Below are positions 37,309 to 50,488 of a stretch of DNA of 64,000 nt, piece by piece (within the stretch, counting starts at the first letter, position 1; the number at the start of each line of letters is the position of its first letter). The DNA is from Eledone cirrhosa. Its lineage: Eukaryota. A model generated the notes under the pieces. The model searched no databases and was not told where the DNA came from. It was given only the letters and a program-made list of their open reading frames with translations. The DNA lies in NCBI GenBank assembly GCA_964016885.1, contig OZ024740.1:261826001-261890000 (forward strand). The letters run 5' to 3'. A program made the position numbers and the translations under genes.

Positions 37309-37545
37309 GTATTGAAATATTGAATCAGTAAAGATTGAGAAGACAAACAGAAGTGTCTGAATTTCTCAATTAAGCCTAATTTTTCATGAAGTATTGAGCC
37401 AATTGACTTTTTAAAACGCGAGAAGACCGGCTCAAGTCTCTGTATTTCTAATTTAAGCTCAGTTTGTTATGAAGTATTGAGCGTCAGTTGATACAGTGAC
37501 AAGTGAGAAGACACGCCCAAGTGTCTGTATTGCTCGTTCAGATAC
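37309..37545. repeat. Diverged tandem repeat, about 83-bp unit x3
   Basis: GTATTGA at 37309/37391/37474 and GAGAAGAC at 37337/37420/37505. Confidence 0.75.
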
Positions 37546-38539
37546 ATACTCTGCATTGTGTCCATGGTAAATAAGAATATTCTCAAATATCTCAGTGAAG
37601 AGAAAATAGTCATATATCAGAAATGAATTCTACACCTTAACCTAAGGGTCTTCTTGAGTAGATCCATACATATCACTGGATAATATAATACATGCATGCA
37701 TGGTGAAGTAACTCCTGGGGGAGTCGTAAGGTGACCAGGCCAGTGAGCTGCAAAGTGGTGCCGTGGAATAGTAGAAAAATAGTGCTGTGAGCCGGGAGGA
37801 AAATAAATATTTCTCTTTGGTTATGACAGATCCTACGGTATTATTGTATGTGCCAAAAGTAGAAACAATTATTGTATGTAGGAAAGTGTATAAAAAAACA
37901 AATTTTGCTAGTTTTCTCTGCAGGCAAAAATGAGCGAAAACATATTACATAGACACAAAGTTTTCATGTTGTGCCAAAATACATAGAAAAATATCTTATG
38001 GATGAATGCAAAAATATTTTAAAGTTGCACTGGTTGAGTTCATAGAACCTCTGTCTATCATGAATTTATTTATTTATTTATTTAATCAATTTAAACGTCC
38101 GTATAGAGCTAGTAAACCGGCCATGGCTTACTAGCGCGTACATCTTATAATTGAGAAACCAAAAAAAAAATGGTACACGGAGATAAGTGAATATAAAAAT
38201 AAAAATGAAGTTAATAAAATAAAATAAGCATAAAAAGATAAAGTAAAAATGGGAAGCAAGGGACTCATCTAAAAACTTGTTTTTTTATTAAAATATTTAT
38301 AGTATTTTAACCAATATTTAATGCAATGTAATCATAGTATTTCATATCGATTTTTCTTCCTTTAACTCTCCTGACAGGAAAGTCATTATTGCCAATAACA
38401 TTGAGAAGACCAGGGCAGGGGCAGCATAACATTGTGTACACAACTGGCCTCGAATTGTAGGTTGGGGTGAAATTTCTGAGATATCTTGAAGTACAACCCA
38501 TGTTTTTCCTCAATTTTCTCTGAGACATACATCTCATTC

Positions 38540-41500
38540 TCGGCAGAGCTGTCCAGCTAGAGAACGAGTCTCATGTGGCAGATAGCGATACGGCCACCAG
38601 ATATGATGGCTAGTTGCAATATAAGCTGGCAACTGCCGGCCGAATAAACAACCCCGGGCCAACAGCGGTGAACTACTAGGGAAAATGGAGCAATGGGTGA
38701 CAGCTGTAGCTCCCAAGAAGACTCTCACAACCCAGTGACGTAGCTACGACGAGGCGAGTAAAGGCCATCTCTAAAACAGCCTAGTCTTCACAGACTTGAC
38801 AAAGTACCAAATTGGTAACTGGCGAAAATAGGACCGCTGAAACTGAAACAACAATATGATGAGGAAATCAAAAACGAACCACACCGCATCGTCCTTCGCG
38901 CGGGATAACAAGGGACGCGTCCAGGCCTTAAGTAGACGGGCCAGTTCGAAAAAAATATATTGCAATCTCCATTTCATGCTGCAAAAACTAGCGATAGGCC
39001 TGCGACCTGTCCTGGGAGGCGTGGGTTAGATGCACAAAGTTTGCGTATCCCGAGACCCCAAACATTAACAGTTGGAACCTGGAACATCACAACCATTAAA
39101 GGTAAAGTGCGTGCAGGAACTAGTGGAGGAGGCTAGATTCCACCGGCTAGATATAGTCTGGGTTTCCTCAACATAGTTCCATGTTTTTTGTTATTGTAGA
39201 TATTGATTGAGGATGGAAACTCCACTATTCAGGTGTGGCACCAGAAATGACTGCACAGGCGGGAGTGGGGATAATCATAAGCCCCCGGCCGTCAGAATGT
39301 CTTATGGACTGGATACCGTTAGGACGGAGGATTTGCCTCTTGAAGCTTAGGCTGTGGGTGGTGCAAAATTATGCACCAAACAAGGAGTCCGAATACAGGT
39401 CCTTCTTTGATGAAGTCACTGCAGTGTTAGATGTAGTTAAGACTGAGTCATATTTACTGATGGGAAACTACAATGCACATGTTGGCACTGACTACCAGAC
39501 ATGGAAAGGAGAGATTGGATGGAATGGCGACCTCGATCTAGATACGAATGGAGAGGCCTAACTAGACTTCTGTTCTAGAAATGGACTCTCTATTATGAAC
39601 AGCTTGACCCAGCAGAGAGACATCCATAAATATACATGGTATAAAGGGAATCAGGGACAGAGATCAATAATTGATTTTGTTATTGTCTCTGATCTCTTCG
39701 ATTCTCTGCTGAATGTTCGTGTTAAGAGAGGGGCTGAGCTCTCAACTGATCACCATGTAGTTATCTATCTCAAGTCAAAGAAGCCCACAAAACTGCCAGG
39801 TTCAGCGGGACCTACAGGATAAAGTGGAAGCATTGGTGGATACGGAAGTCAGGACTAGTTATGCAGATAATATTGCATCCAAATTCAGAGAACTGCCTGA
39901 GCAAACTGAGGACGTTAAGACAGAGTGTAGATTGTTCAGCGCAACAGTTTCTGCTTCAGCTATTAAATGCTGCTGGTGAAAGAGGCTTGATGTGGCGCCA
40001 AATGGCAGGAGGACCCCCTGGTTCAATTAAAAGATCAAGGATGCCATACGTGCAAAGCAGCAGGCTTACAAAGCTTCTCTTGGAAATAAGTCCTTCTTCT
40101 GGAATTTGCGGTGCCAGCAGGTACGAAGAATTGCAGTAGAGACAGTAATGGCGTTCAGAGTTAAGATATTGGAGGACTTTAGAGTTAAGCTGGAATTAGA
40201 CATCAGATCTGCAAATAAGTATTCTGTCGGACCATGCGCCAATTTCGTAATAAGAAGTCCTCCTGCACACCTGCTCACTAGAAAGCATCTGGGGTTCACC
40301 TCTCTTCAGAGAGGTGCATCCTCGTGTAGTGGAAAGAATACTTTGCTGATCTCATAAACCTAACCACAACAGCATCTTCTGATATTCACGAAGTGCATCT
40401 GGGAGCGGTGACTTATCTCTCAGAGGCTGAGGTCACAAAAGTTGTTAAATATCCCAAATGTGGCAAGACCGTTGGGGAAGGTGAAATCTGGCCAGTGATG
40501 TTAAAATCCTCAAATAGAGAAGGCATTCTCTGGTTGACTCATGTGTGCTGGGTGGTCTGGATCTCTAAAAAGGCATGTAAGCAATAGCAATCGGGAGTGA
40601 TAATCCCGATTTTCAAAAAGGGAGACAAAAGAGAATGTTCCAATTACAGAGAGATCTGATGGTTAAGCCTCCCTGGTAAAGTCTATGCTAAGTGTCTGGA
40701 TAAGAGATGTCGGGAAATTGTCGAATCCAAGGTAGCTGATAAACAGTGTTGTTTTCACTCCGGGCGCAGCACAGCCAACCAAATATTCACATAGCGGTAG
40801 GTCTTCGAGAAATCGTGGGAGTATTGCCAAGATATATACGCTTGTTTGTCGACCTTGAAAAGGCACATGACTGTGTTCCTCGAGACCTGCAGTGGATGGT
40901 TCTGCAGGAGTATGGGATGGATGGTCAGATGCTTGTTCCTTTATGTCTCTATACGAATGTCCAAGTATTTGTATTCAGATAAATAGTGCTAAATCGAAAC
41001 CGTTCAATGTGCGGTCTGCTATAAACTCTCCTCTTCCTTATTTACATGAACAGGATTGACATGCGCAGCCGGGTTGGAAATGGTATCATGACAGGCGGGT
41101 GTAAAATCACTCGACGGGAATTTGCAAACGACATGGTGTTACTTAATTCGATAGGTGATCTCCAACTTGCACACGATAGGTTTGATGCCAAGTGCTGCAT
41201 AGCTGAAATGAAAAGCAGTGCTGTCTTACTCATGCGATGTTATGCGGCAAAGGACGTTAATATTTAAAGAATAAAAGAGAGTAATTCTCACACATTGAAA
41301 AACAATTTCTAACTTTTGTGAAATAAGAATATTCCTTACCTTTGTTTGATTAATGCTAGATATGTGTATTATTACCAAAATAATTATTCCAATGGTGAAA
41401 CAATAGTCAATTAGAGATGATGAAACGATAAATATGGTATTTAAATTCGAAATATTTATGATTATTAACGAAATAAATTTGTTGTACGAACAAAATATGA

Positions 41501-42742
41501 GATTTATCAAATTCTCACAAATCATTTGAAAGTCATACAATTGTTGATTTTCATTTCTCTTTTCTATTTTATAGGAATGGCTTTGTTTTGTTTTATTGCT
41601 ACTAAGAAAACAAAATGAATAAAAATTGTTTCATTTTGAAATAATTTTCGAATGTTGATAAATTGTGGCTGGCAGGAAGCAGATGTTTTATATAATTTAC
41701 ATATTTTCTACTTGTTATATTTGCAATGAGAAGCTGTGGAAGATGGTAGGATGGAGTTACAAGTGAACCAAACCTGTCTGCAAGATGTGTATGAGGTTGT
41801 AGATGAAGAAGAATTGGAAAAGATAATAGGACAAGTTCATAAAAATTATGCCTGATCAAACACAGCGAAATGTGGAAACTTATGAAAGTGACAGAAAGAA
41901 AACCAAAGTAGATATCATATACAAGAGAACAGAGAAGACCATATAAGTAAGTGACATAATAATCTTAGTTAACTCTCTGGAACAGCTCCAGCTGTTGAAT
42001 ATGAATATGAAAATGTAGATCCTGTATTTATAAATCTGGCTATCTTACATCTTGACGAAAGGCTCTTCTTGGGTGGATCCATACATATCACTCGATGATA
42101 TGATACATTATTTGTAGAAGATAGCTTCTATGGCTTCAGCATTCGGTAATCAGAAGAAGGAAGGTAGCTGTAAAAGCGAAACTCGCTATCTTCAATTCGA
42201 TATTCGTGCCAACCCTTACTTGTAGTTAGGAATCTTGGGTAATCGCCGAAAGAATACGATCCCGAATGCAAGCATCCTAAATGGGGGTTCCCCAGAAGGG
42301 TCTTTGGAGTAACGTTACTCGTTAGAGTGCGTAACTCGGAGATCAGAAAGTCACTCCCGGTAGAGCCGGTACTCTTCGAATTGAGAGATCACAGCTCCGA
42401 TAATATGGACATGTAGTTAGAATGTCTCAGGAAAGAATCACTGGACGGATTGTACGGGAGAAACCAACTGCTAGGAAACCCAGAGGTAGACTGCGAGCAA
42501 GATTATTGTATAACATCCATGAACTTGGCTGGTCTCGCTTGAGGATCCAGCGGGACGAGTTTGAGACGGTTGCTTCTGACAGGACCCACTGGAAGGAGTG
42601 TTTGAGGACGCCCACTACCCTCTCAGGAATAAGTGGGTGAAGAAGAAGAAGAAGAAGAAGAAGAAGAAGAAGAAGAAGAAGAAGAAGAAGAAGAAGAAGA
42701 AGAAGAAGAAGAAGAAGAAGAAGAAGAAGAAGAAGAAGAAGA
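38540..42742 (+). mobile_element. Degenerate near full-length RTE LINE (Rex3/Expander-like) with (GAA)n tail and TSD
   Basis: GTWNITT, MGNYNAHVG, RSIIDFVIV, LSTDHH, FVDLEKAHD, FANDMVL, KPRGR...LGWSRL. (GAA)n at 42641-42742. 17-bp TSD AGACATACATC(T/C)CA(T/G)TC at 38523 and 42743. Confidence 0.9.
41222..42110. repeat. AT-rich insert interrupting the RTE LINE; first 800 bp duplicated at 43188-43987
   Basis: Near-identical direct copies; the LINE frame resumes near 42125 with some LINE sequence missing. Confidence 0.85.
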
Positions 42743-43187
42743 AGACATACATCCCAGTCAGTTTCTGTTGTCTCTGACTGGGATGTATGAGTCAGAGAAA
42801 ATCGAGTAAAAGCATGTGTTCCACTTCAAGATATCGCAGAAATTTCACCCCAACCTACAATACGGGGTCAGTTGTGTACACAAAGTTTTGTTGCTTCTGG
42901 TTTCCCTAATGTTACTGGCAATAATGGTTTTTCTGTCAGGAGAATTCAAGGAAGAAAAATCGATATTAATTACTGTGATGATATTTCAGAATAACCTTCT
43001 AACTTCATAACATTGCTCAGTCGTTTAACTTGTTTCCCTGCCATTCATGATCCAAATAATCTTTGCTATGTTTCGATGTCAGCACTGGTGGTCTTGGATT
43101 TTCCTCATCCCCAGATGGAACAATGAAAGTTTAGCAGACACTGGAGAAGTTAGAGGTAATCATGATATTGTTTTGAACATTTCAAAA

Positions 43188-43987
43188 TGTCTTACTCATG
43201 AGATTTCATGCGGCAACGAACGTTAATATTTAAAGAATAAAAGAGAGTAATTCTCACACATTGAAAAACAATTTCTAACTTTTGTGAAATAAGAATATTC
43301 CTTACCTTTGTTTGATTAATGCTAGATATGTGTATTATTACCAAAATAATTATTCCAATGGTGAAACAATAGTCAATTAGAGATGATGAAACGATAAATA
43401 TGGTATTTAAATTCGAAATATTATGATTATTAACGAAATAAATTTGTTGTACGAACAAAAGATGAGATTTATCAGATTCTCACAAATCATTTGAAAGTCA
43501 TACAATTGTTGATTTTCATTTCTCTTTTCTATTTTATAGGAATGGCTTTGTTTTGTTTTATTGCTACTAAGAAAACAAAATGAATAAAAATGAATTGTTT
43601 CATTTTGAAATAATTTTCGAATGTTGATAAATTGTGACTGGCAAGAAGCAGATGTTTTATATAATTTACATATTTTCTACTTGTTATATATGCAATGAGA
43701 AGCTGTGGAAGATGGTAGGATGGAGTTACAAGTGAACCAAACCTGTCTGCAAGATGTGTATGAGGTTGTAGATGAAGAAGAATTGGAAAAGATAATAGGA
43801 CAAGTTCATAAAAATTATGCCTGATCAAACACAGCGAAATGTGGAAACTTATGTAAGTGACAGAAAGAAAACCAAAGTAGATATCATATACAAGAGAACA
43901 GAAAAGACCATATAAGTAAGTGACATAATAATCTTAGTTAACTCTCTGGAACAGCTCCTGCTGTTGAATATGAATATGAAAATGTAG
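43188..43987. repeat. Second copy of the 800-bp segment
   Basis: Matches 41222-42018. Confidence 0.9.
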
Positions 43988-45235
43988 GAGACCCAGAGCA
44001 AGATGGCTTGATAACATCCATGATCTAGGCTGGTATCACTAGGGAATCCAGCCGGATCATTTTCAAACGGTTGCTTCTGACTGAACCGTTGGGAAGCCGC
44101 CAAAGGATGGCTGCTTGTCTACATGAGGTAATAAAAATGTTCTTTGGATCAAATTATCTTGGGGCGCACCAACATGCATTTTACTAACCAGGAGAAATCA
44201 GACCGGTGGTGCGAAATTAACCTCATACCGATTTCCAAATCGGAAAGCCTATATAATATGTTGGACAACAGAGAAATAAAACTGTCTGCGTAGCTCTCAC
44301 ATATCAAACAGAATGTTACTGGATCAAATTCAGTACCTCTATTTGGTCACCACCCGAGATCACACTTGCATGGTTATAAGCCAGACTGGTCAAATAAATC
44401 ACAAATAATTAAAGGTTTCAAGGCCAGAAAATTGTCTGCTATTATAATGGAAGTGATTTGAATAAAGCCTTTGAAAGCATTCACCAAAGTAAAATGTTCA
44501 AAAAATGCCAGCAAGCAGAATATCGGAAGAGGTAGATCTACTCATTGGAAAAACTTATGAAATTACAAGAAATCACATACTTTCTGCCGACCGAGAAATT
44601 GAACATTTCCTAACACTGGTTGGCATACTGCAATGTGACACTCGTGCACCTTATCTGTACGTCATAGTCTTGAATTTGCGGTGCGTCAAGGAATTGACAA
44701 CAGTAAAAACAAAAGCGTAGGATTCACAATAGACAGATAGAGACCGAGGTGAATACTAACAGTGATTGTAAGAGATCAGGGCTTTGTTGATGACATAGCA
44801 CGGATGTCCAATAACATTCAGCAAGCCCAAGAGTCGTGTAAACAAGTGGACATTTCAATCGCTAAGGTCAGGTTGCACACAAATGACAAGAAAACTATGA
44901 GTAGAATGTTGATGGTGAGCTAAAAACAATAAATGATGCTGTTGACGATAATCAGGTACCAAAATATCAAAATCAGTATAACTCATGCATGGATAGCATG
45001 CCGTAAAATATAAAAACATCTGGAAGTCAAGATTTCCCTGAGAAACAAAGATAAGGATAAGGTTGTACCTAACCAATGTTTAATCGATGCTATTTTATGT
45101 CAGCTAGATATGTACACTTGCGAAACAAACATAAAAGAGTGTTGCTGGTTGTTACACAAGACGCAACGTGTTGCCCCAGATGTGATGTGGCTGCAGCACC
45201 AGAGAAACGAAAGTCTCTATGGAAACCTCAATGAG
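43988..45235 (+). mobile_element. Old LINE fragments: RTE 3' piece plus a degenerate RT
   Basis: RPRARWLDNIHDLGW, then GILQCDTRAPYLYVIVL (resembles GVLQGDTLAPYLF) and FVDDIA. Confidence 0.7.
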
Positions 45236-45378
45236 TAAATGAGTAAATGAGAAGGTAAAAAAAAACAACTCTTTTCATTGTTTTCACAGCTAAGGCTTCT
45301 AATTAAAACACTGTAGCTATATCTACCTCATACTTATTTTAAAGCTTCAAGTATTCACTGTGTTTTATCATAAATATT

Positions 45379-45599
45379 AATTAATGTAAAGGATGATATG
45401 CTCAAGTGCAGACGTGCTATAAAATTGCTTATAAGTTAGGGTGAAGACCTTTAGAAAACAGAAAAAGTTGTCATCGGCCGGTATGTGGGGAGATATGTGG
45501 TTCAATTCCACATAACGGCCAATGGCAATTTATTTTCTCTATTTTATAAACCATTTTATAGCATCTTTGCGCATGAGCATATCATCCATTATATTAATT
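45379..45599. repeat. Fold-back (MITE-like) element
   Basis: Outer arms GGATGATATGCTCA / TGAGCATATCATCC and inner arms TTGTCATCGGCCGGTATGTGG / CCACATAACGGCCAATGGCAA. Confidence 0.75.
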
Positions 45600-45643
45600 C
45601 TATATTCTCAGCACTTCAAAGTCCGATTTCTCGGCTGCACAGA

Positions 45644-47740
45644 TCTTTCTATATAAAATAGCTTGTTTGTTTGTCAGTTTGTCTCCTATGCACTTAGAAA
45701 CCAGTCGACTAATCATATTTATAATTGGCAGGTGAGTTCCTTAGACTCAGGAATCGGTTTTTCTCCCACTCAGACCCATATTCATTTGTTCATATGTTTG
45801 TTTGTCTGTTTGTTAGTATGGGATAAAAGTTATCCTGTTCATTACAATGGAATGTGACGGAAAATAGAGAGAATAAAAAGTAAAAATTGGAGAGAAAGTC
45901 AGCACATATAAAATTAATTAGAACGTTGAAAGACAAAGATGTATTTAAGCCTGTAAATTAACACTGCATGAACGACTCGGAAAGAAAGAGAGATAAAGAA
46001 AGTGAAGAAAGTGAGCGACACGCGCATAAAATAGTAGCTGACACTAAAGCAACAAACATACGCCTACTTCAGTTTTGAACGTCCCCCTCTCTCTCCTGCA
46101 TGATAGGAGGAATAACTAAAAGAAATGAGCACCACGCGTTCAATCAACATAAAGCTACAGCACACGCTTGTTTTAATATCAAAATCCGCTATCTCCTTAA
46201 TCGGCTGCAGCACAGTTTGTCAAAAATTCTTTACATTTCCTCCACATGTGTCATATCTACTTCATATATATCATATCTACTTCATATTTAGCTCGTGAGC
46301 CAAAACGATCTCCATAACCTTTGAGGGTATATTATTTGTATTTTAACCTACGCTAAGGAAAGTAACTCCGAGTAAGTCATGTTTGTAGTTGGCGGTGGTG
46401 GTGACACTGTTGATGTCTCACAATTACCATGACTTCCAACATTATTTTCCAAATTCAAGAAAGCTTCTAGATATAAATTTAAAAGAAGAGACAACGAAGC
46501 GGAGTTCCAGCTAGATCTTGTCAACAAAATCTCCATAAGTCTCCAATATCCAAGTGGCTAAATGTCAGGAAAAGGGCACCCATGATCCATGACCTGGATG
46601 CTCTCCAGTCATTTGCTTCAGGGTTGGGGCCTTCTCTGAAAACCGTATGCTGTCCAGCTTTCCTGAGAGTTTCTTACTACTATCTTTTTATCTTTCCTGT
46701 GTGTGTGTATATATGCCATATCTTCCTATATAGCTCCGTGTGTATATTAGCCTCTTATTAAATTTTGGGTTCCTTGTTTTATTTATGGAAACACTACTAA
46801 AAATAACACTTGTGAAACCTGTAATATTATTTTACATATTCACTTCAGTTTGGCTGTTGCTTCCGAAAAATAACTGAAAGTTAATACAGTGAGTCCTCAT
46901 TCCATGACATTTGGCTCGACTTAGATCCATCATTAACAGAATATTAAAATTTTGGAAGCTGCAATCAAAAAATGACACCGAAGAATAGACCTTCATTTAG
47001 AAGAAAGTCTCATAAAGCTATGGCAAAGCAGCTACAAAGGAAGAATGAAAGTGAAGAGCAGCGACAAGAAAGACTCCAAAAACAAAGAAAAACAATAGCG
47101 AAATATAAGCAAAAGGAATCAAAACAAAGGTCAAAAAGGCCTGTTGATGATAGGACATGGGAAGTAACTATTCGTCAAGAGGAATAAGATGTACGAAACT
47201 CCAGCACAAAATAGAGAGGATATATTAGATGCAAACAGATCATCAAGGCTTCAACAACAAAGAATTAGAAGTTCATAGAAAGGACAGGATGAATCAGCGA
47301 AACAAAGATAAAAAAGGCTTGCTGAAGATAGGGCAAAGAAAGCAACTATTTGTCAAGAGGAATCAGATGTACGAATATCACCAAGACCGCAAATGGATAG
47401 AAATAGAGCAGCACAAAGGCGGCGTGAAGAAACTGAAGCTCAAACAACTCACGGTTGTCGAGCGGAACTTTGCTGCTTTTAGTTACAATCCACACAAGGA
47501 TTATGCATCAGAACCTTTAATTCGAATTTCCTCAATGAACAAAATTTGTCCAAATTGTGGTGCTAAAAAATAGAATGGTGAGTCAATGGAAAGATTAAGT
47601 TTAAACTATTACCTGAACCACCAGAACCCTTGAGGAGACTCCTGATTGGTACAACTTCTGAATCAAGGAACTTTCTTCAAATTAGCTAGAAGTACAATAA
47701 TGCATTCGAAATGACATCATATGCAAATGAACAAGGTGAG
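45644..47740 (+). mobile_element. Helitron 5' relic
   Basis: A|TC...TATATAAAA + (TTTG)-rich 5' end. ORF remnant ESEEQRQERL...AFSYNP...MNKICPNCGAKK...PEPPEPLRRLL...YNNAFEMTS is typical of the RepHel N-terminus. Confidence 0.8.
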
Positions 47741-49261
47741 ACAGGCTTTCACTGACGTCTGCTACCGTCGCTATAGAAACAGCTTCTTTGAGGCAAAACA
47801 AAGTTTTCATTACATGTTAAGTTGTGTTTGTGGTTGTAGCGTTTCAACCAACCCATAAATCAAAATCAACCTAATTCTGTGTCAAAATCGTAACATACTA
47901 GTAAACTTTACTAAATATAAATTTAGTGCTTGTCATGAATTTGTCAATATGGGTGAAGATTTAAATCTAAAACCAGGTGTTCAGCAGGTCAACACTTCGT
48001 CTATGTATGTTTTAACCTACCCATTAATCAAATTCCCATATCAAAATTATGTGATGAATAGTGAGGATTCCAAGCTGAAATAATGTTAGGTTTCAGTGGA
48101 GTAAATATTACTTAATATTAGGCTCTCGTAAATCTTGTTTCTGGTTATTACCTTATAAACAGTGATATATGGAAAGTATTGTAATAAAGTGGATTTAACA
48201 ATGTTTAATAACTCAGTATTCTGAATAAATAATGTAATTGATCTTATGGATGCTCCATTCTCCTACATGCAGATATGACACTCACGCATGTATGAACTAA
48301 AATGTATCTTCTTAAAGACAATTTAATGTCACAACTGTCGCAAGTAAAAGCAGATTTACTGTTATATTCTGTGCAGATGTTTGTTTTTAATATTTGAAAT
48401 GCCAAGAATCTTGGTTCGTGGACTTTATTAATCATTGTACACCGGAAGGAAAACAAGAAATATTGTATATCTTAAATAAACACGAAGAGAAAAATGATAA
48501 GCTTGCCTGAAGGATAGAAAATATTTTTTCTTTCATCAACTAAGTTGCGTAGTTTCCCGAGAGAAATGTTAAGACAATTATTTTTCCATAATTCAAAGAA
48601 ATGCTTCTTTAGAAAATCGCAACAAACATTCTTCACCTGTTTTAATATTCGACAGTAAGTACAACATTCCTTATCAGAAAAGATGTTTTGCAAATTTTTG
48701 TAGCGGAAAATAATTGATTAATTAAGTATTTATGTCGGTTATTATCTTATTTTTCGAATTCATTTCCATTTTTTCCAATGATAATATTTCAAATCCCATT
48801 GCTTTGATTTCAAAAGAAGCGAAATTAGCATATTAAAATTTCAATACTCACAGACTTTTATCATTGAGAGATTTCGTTCCTCAGAGCAAATGATGTTTAA
48901 AGTGAGATTAGCGAATGCCGCAAAACAAGACATAAGCTTATGACAAACTGCGAAAGTGACGTGGTTTCCATCTCCAGTCGGAACCATTTAACTTCCTTTC
49001 AATTATTCTGATAAAGTTCTTGGAGAAAGCATGAAGGTCAAAACAATATTATCACTTCCTTTGAACTATAGCGCCGTTGAGCCCATTACAAAGAAAGCAT
49101 CATTCGCTAACAAATGATACGTTTGATCTTTTAGTTCGGACACGATTTCTTATACATGTGATTATGTTAATTTAAACTTTGAATCCGATTTCATAAACTT
49201 CATAAAATATGTTAAAATTTCAAAACATTCTAAGCTTGCCACAAACTCGAAAGCTCACCAA

Positions 49262-49477
49262 GCCAGTGTTTATGCCGGTTTCTATGGTGTGAAGCGTCTG
49301 AGAGTACAAGTCTCCCCACAGGACATGACACCAGTCTATCGCAGGGTTAAACCCCCATCTATTGCTGATGCTTATCTTCAGCTGAGTATACTATAGCAAC
49401 GTGAATCGTTCTAGGAATCGAAACCACGACATTATGATCGTAAATGCAACACCCAACTATTAAGCCACACACCTTCA
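49262..49477 (-). mobile_element. tRNA-derived SINE with V-like central domain (duplicated at 51217-51432)
   Basis: TGGCTTAATAG A-box-like, GTTTCGATTCC B-box-like, AACCCTGCGATAGACTGG...CGCTTCAC...AGAAACCGG. Confidence 0.7.
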
Positions 49478-49849
49478 CACCAAAAAACCTTCAACCATTA
49501 CATAACGCCCTCTAAATAATCCTCCAACGTCTGCATACTCACAGAAAAAAAAAAGACAAAATGAATATTTATATAAACGTCATCCAAAATCATAAACTCC
49601 CGAGAAACAATAGCAATGCAGCATACAAAAATAACTACGCTATTTATAGCATCTTAAATTCAGAAGTGACGGAGCTTCTTTTACACTTAGTTTCAAATGC
49701 CGGTTAATTAACTTTCCAAAAGTGTAACGAAAATTGCTAACAAGCTAATTTTGGAGGCCATTAGTCTCGCAAATATGTGTAATATGACACTAGAATAATG
49801 ATAACTAATTTATGCACAAAGCCAAACATTTGTGGAGAGAGAGGAGAAA

Positions 49850-49981
49850 GTCGATTACATGGATTCCAATATGTAACTGGCACATTATTTTGACTCCTGA
49901 AGGATGGAATGCAAAGTTGGTCTCAGCGGGATTTGAAAACGGAACATAAACATTTGTCTGACCCTCTAACACACTCTGTCA
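49850..49981 (-). mobile_element. Degenerate Deu/Nin-type SINE (duplicated at 51805-51936)
   Basis: Colinear with 11452-11621. Confidence 0.6.
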
Positions 49982-50372
49982 CAGTGATGCCATTTTAAAG
50001 TGTTTTCCCAGCATCGAAAACAAACTGTCTCTTACTATTAAACTTTGCATTTCCTCCATCCAAATTTAAAACATTTTCCCTGAAAGCTCGAGCTTTTATC
50101 AGAGATTTCCCACAAGTAACTATAATTAAGATAATAACAATCGATAGAGTTTTACTGCTATCTCACGACGATTACTATTGGGTAAACAATAGGGTGATAG
50201 CGGTGATGTATTTATTTTCAAGGTTTTTTATATGAAATCGTGTGTTGAAACATATTGTTATATTTGCGGAGAGTCATGTTTTCTTAATATTGCCAGAATA
50301 ATACAGTAAAACACACTCACTGTTGGTTTGGTTTTCGCTTCAGTATATATTTCTATTTCTATAAATAATTTA

Positions 50373-50488
50373 GCTGGTAATCAATGTTTATCATTGATCG
50401 ATAAACAGTTAAAACTATAAATATAAATCGCTATATTTATATTTATGTTTTAATTCTTGGTTAATCAATGATAAACATTGATTGTCAG
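50373..50488. repeat. AT-rich hairpin (duplicated at 52328-52443)
   Basis: AATCAATGTTTATCATTGAT / ATCAATGATAAACATTGATT arms with inner ATAAATATAAAT / ATTTATATTTAT pairing. Confidence 0.8.

Noticed and set aside
37309-37545. CRISPR array or intact C2H2 zinc-finger gene
   Set aside because: Eukaryotic context with no identical repeats or cas genes; periods of 82-85 bp break frame, there are stops, and no His pairs.
47750-49200. Host exon or transposase in apparently unique sequence
   Set aside because: No long ORF or recognisable motif. Small exons cannot be excluded without RNA-seq or BLASTX.
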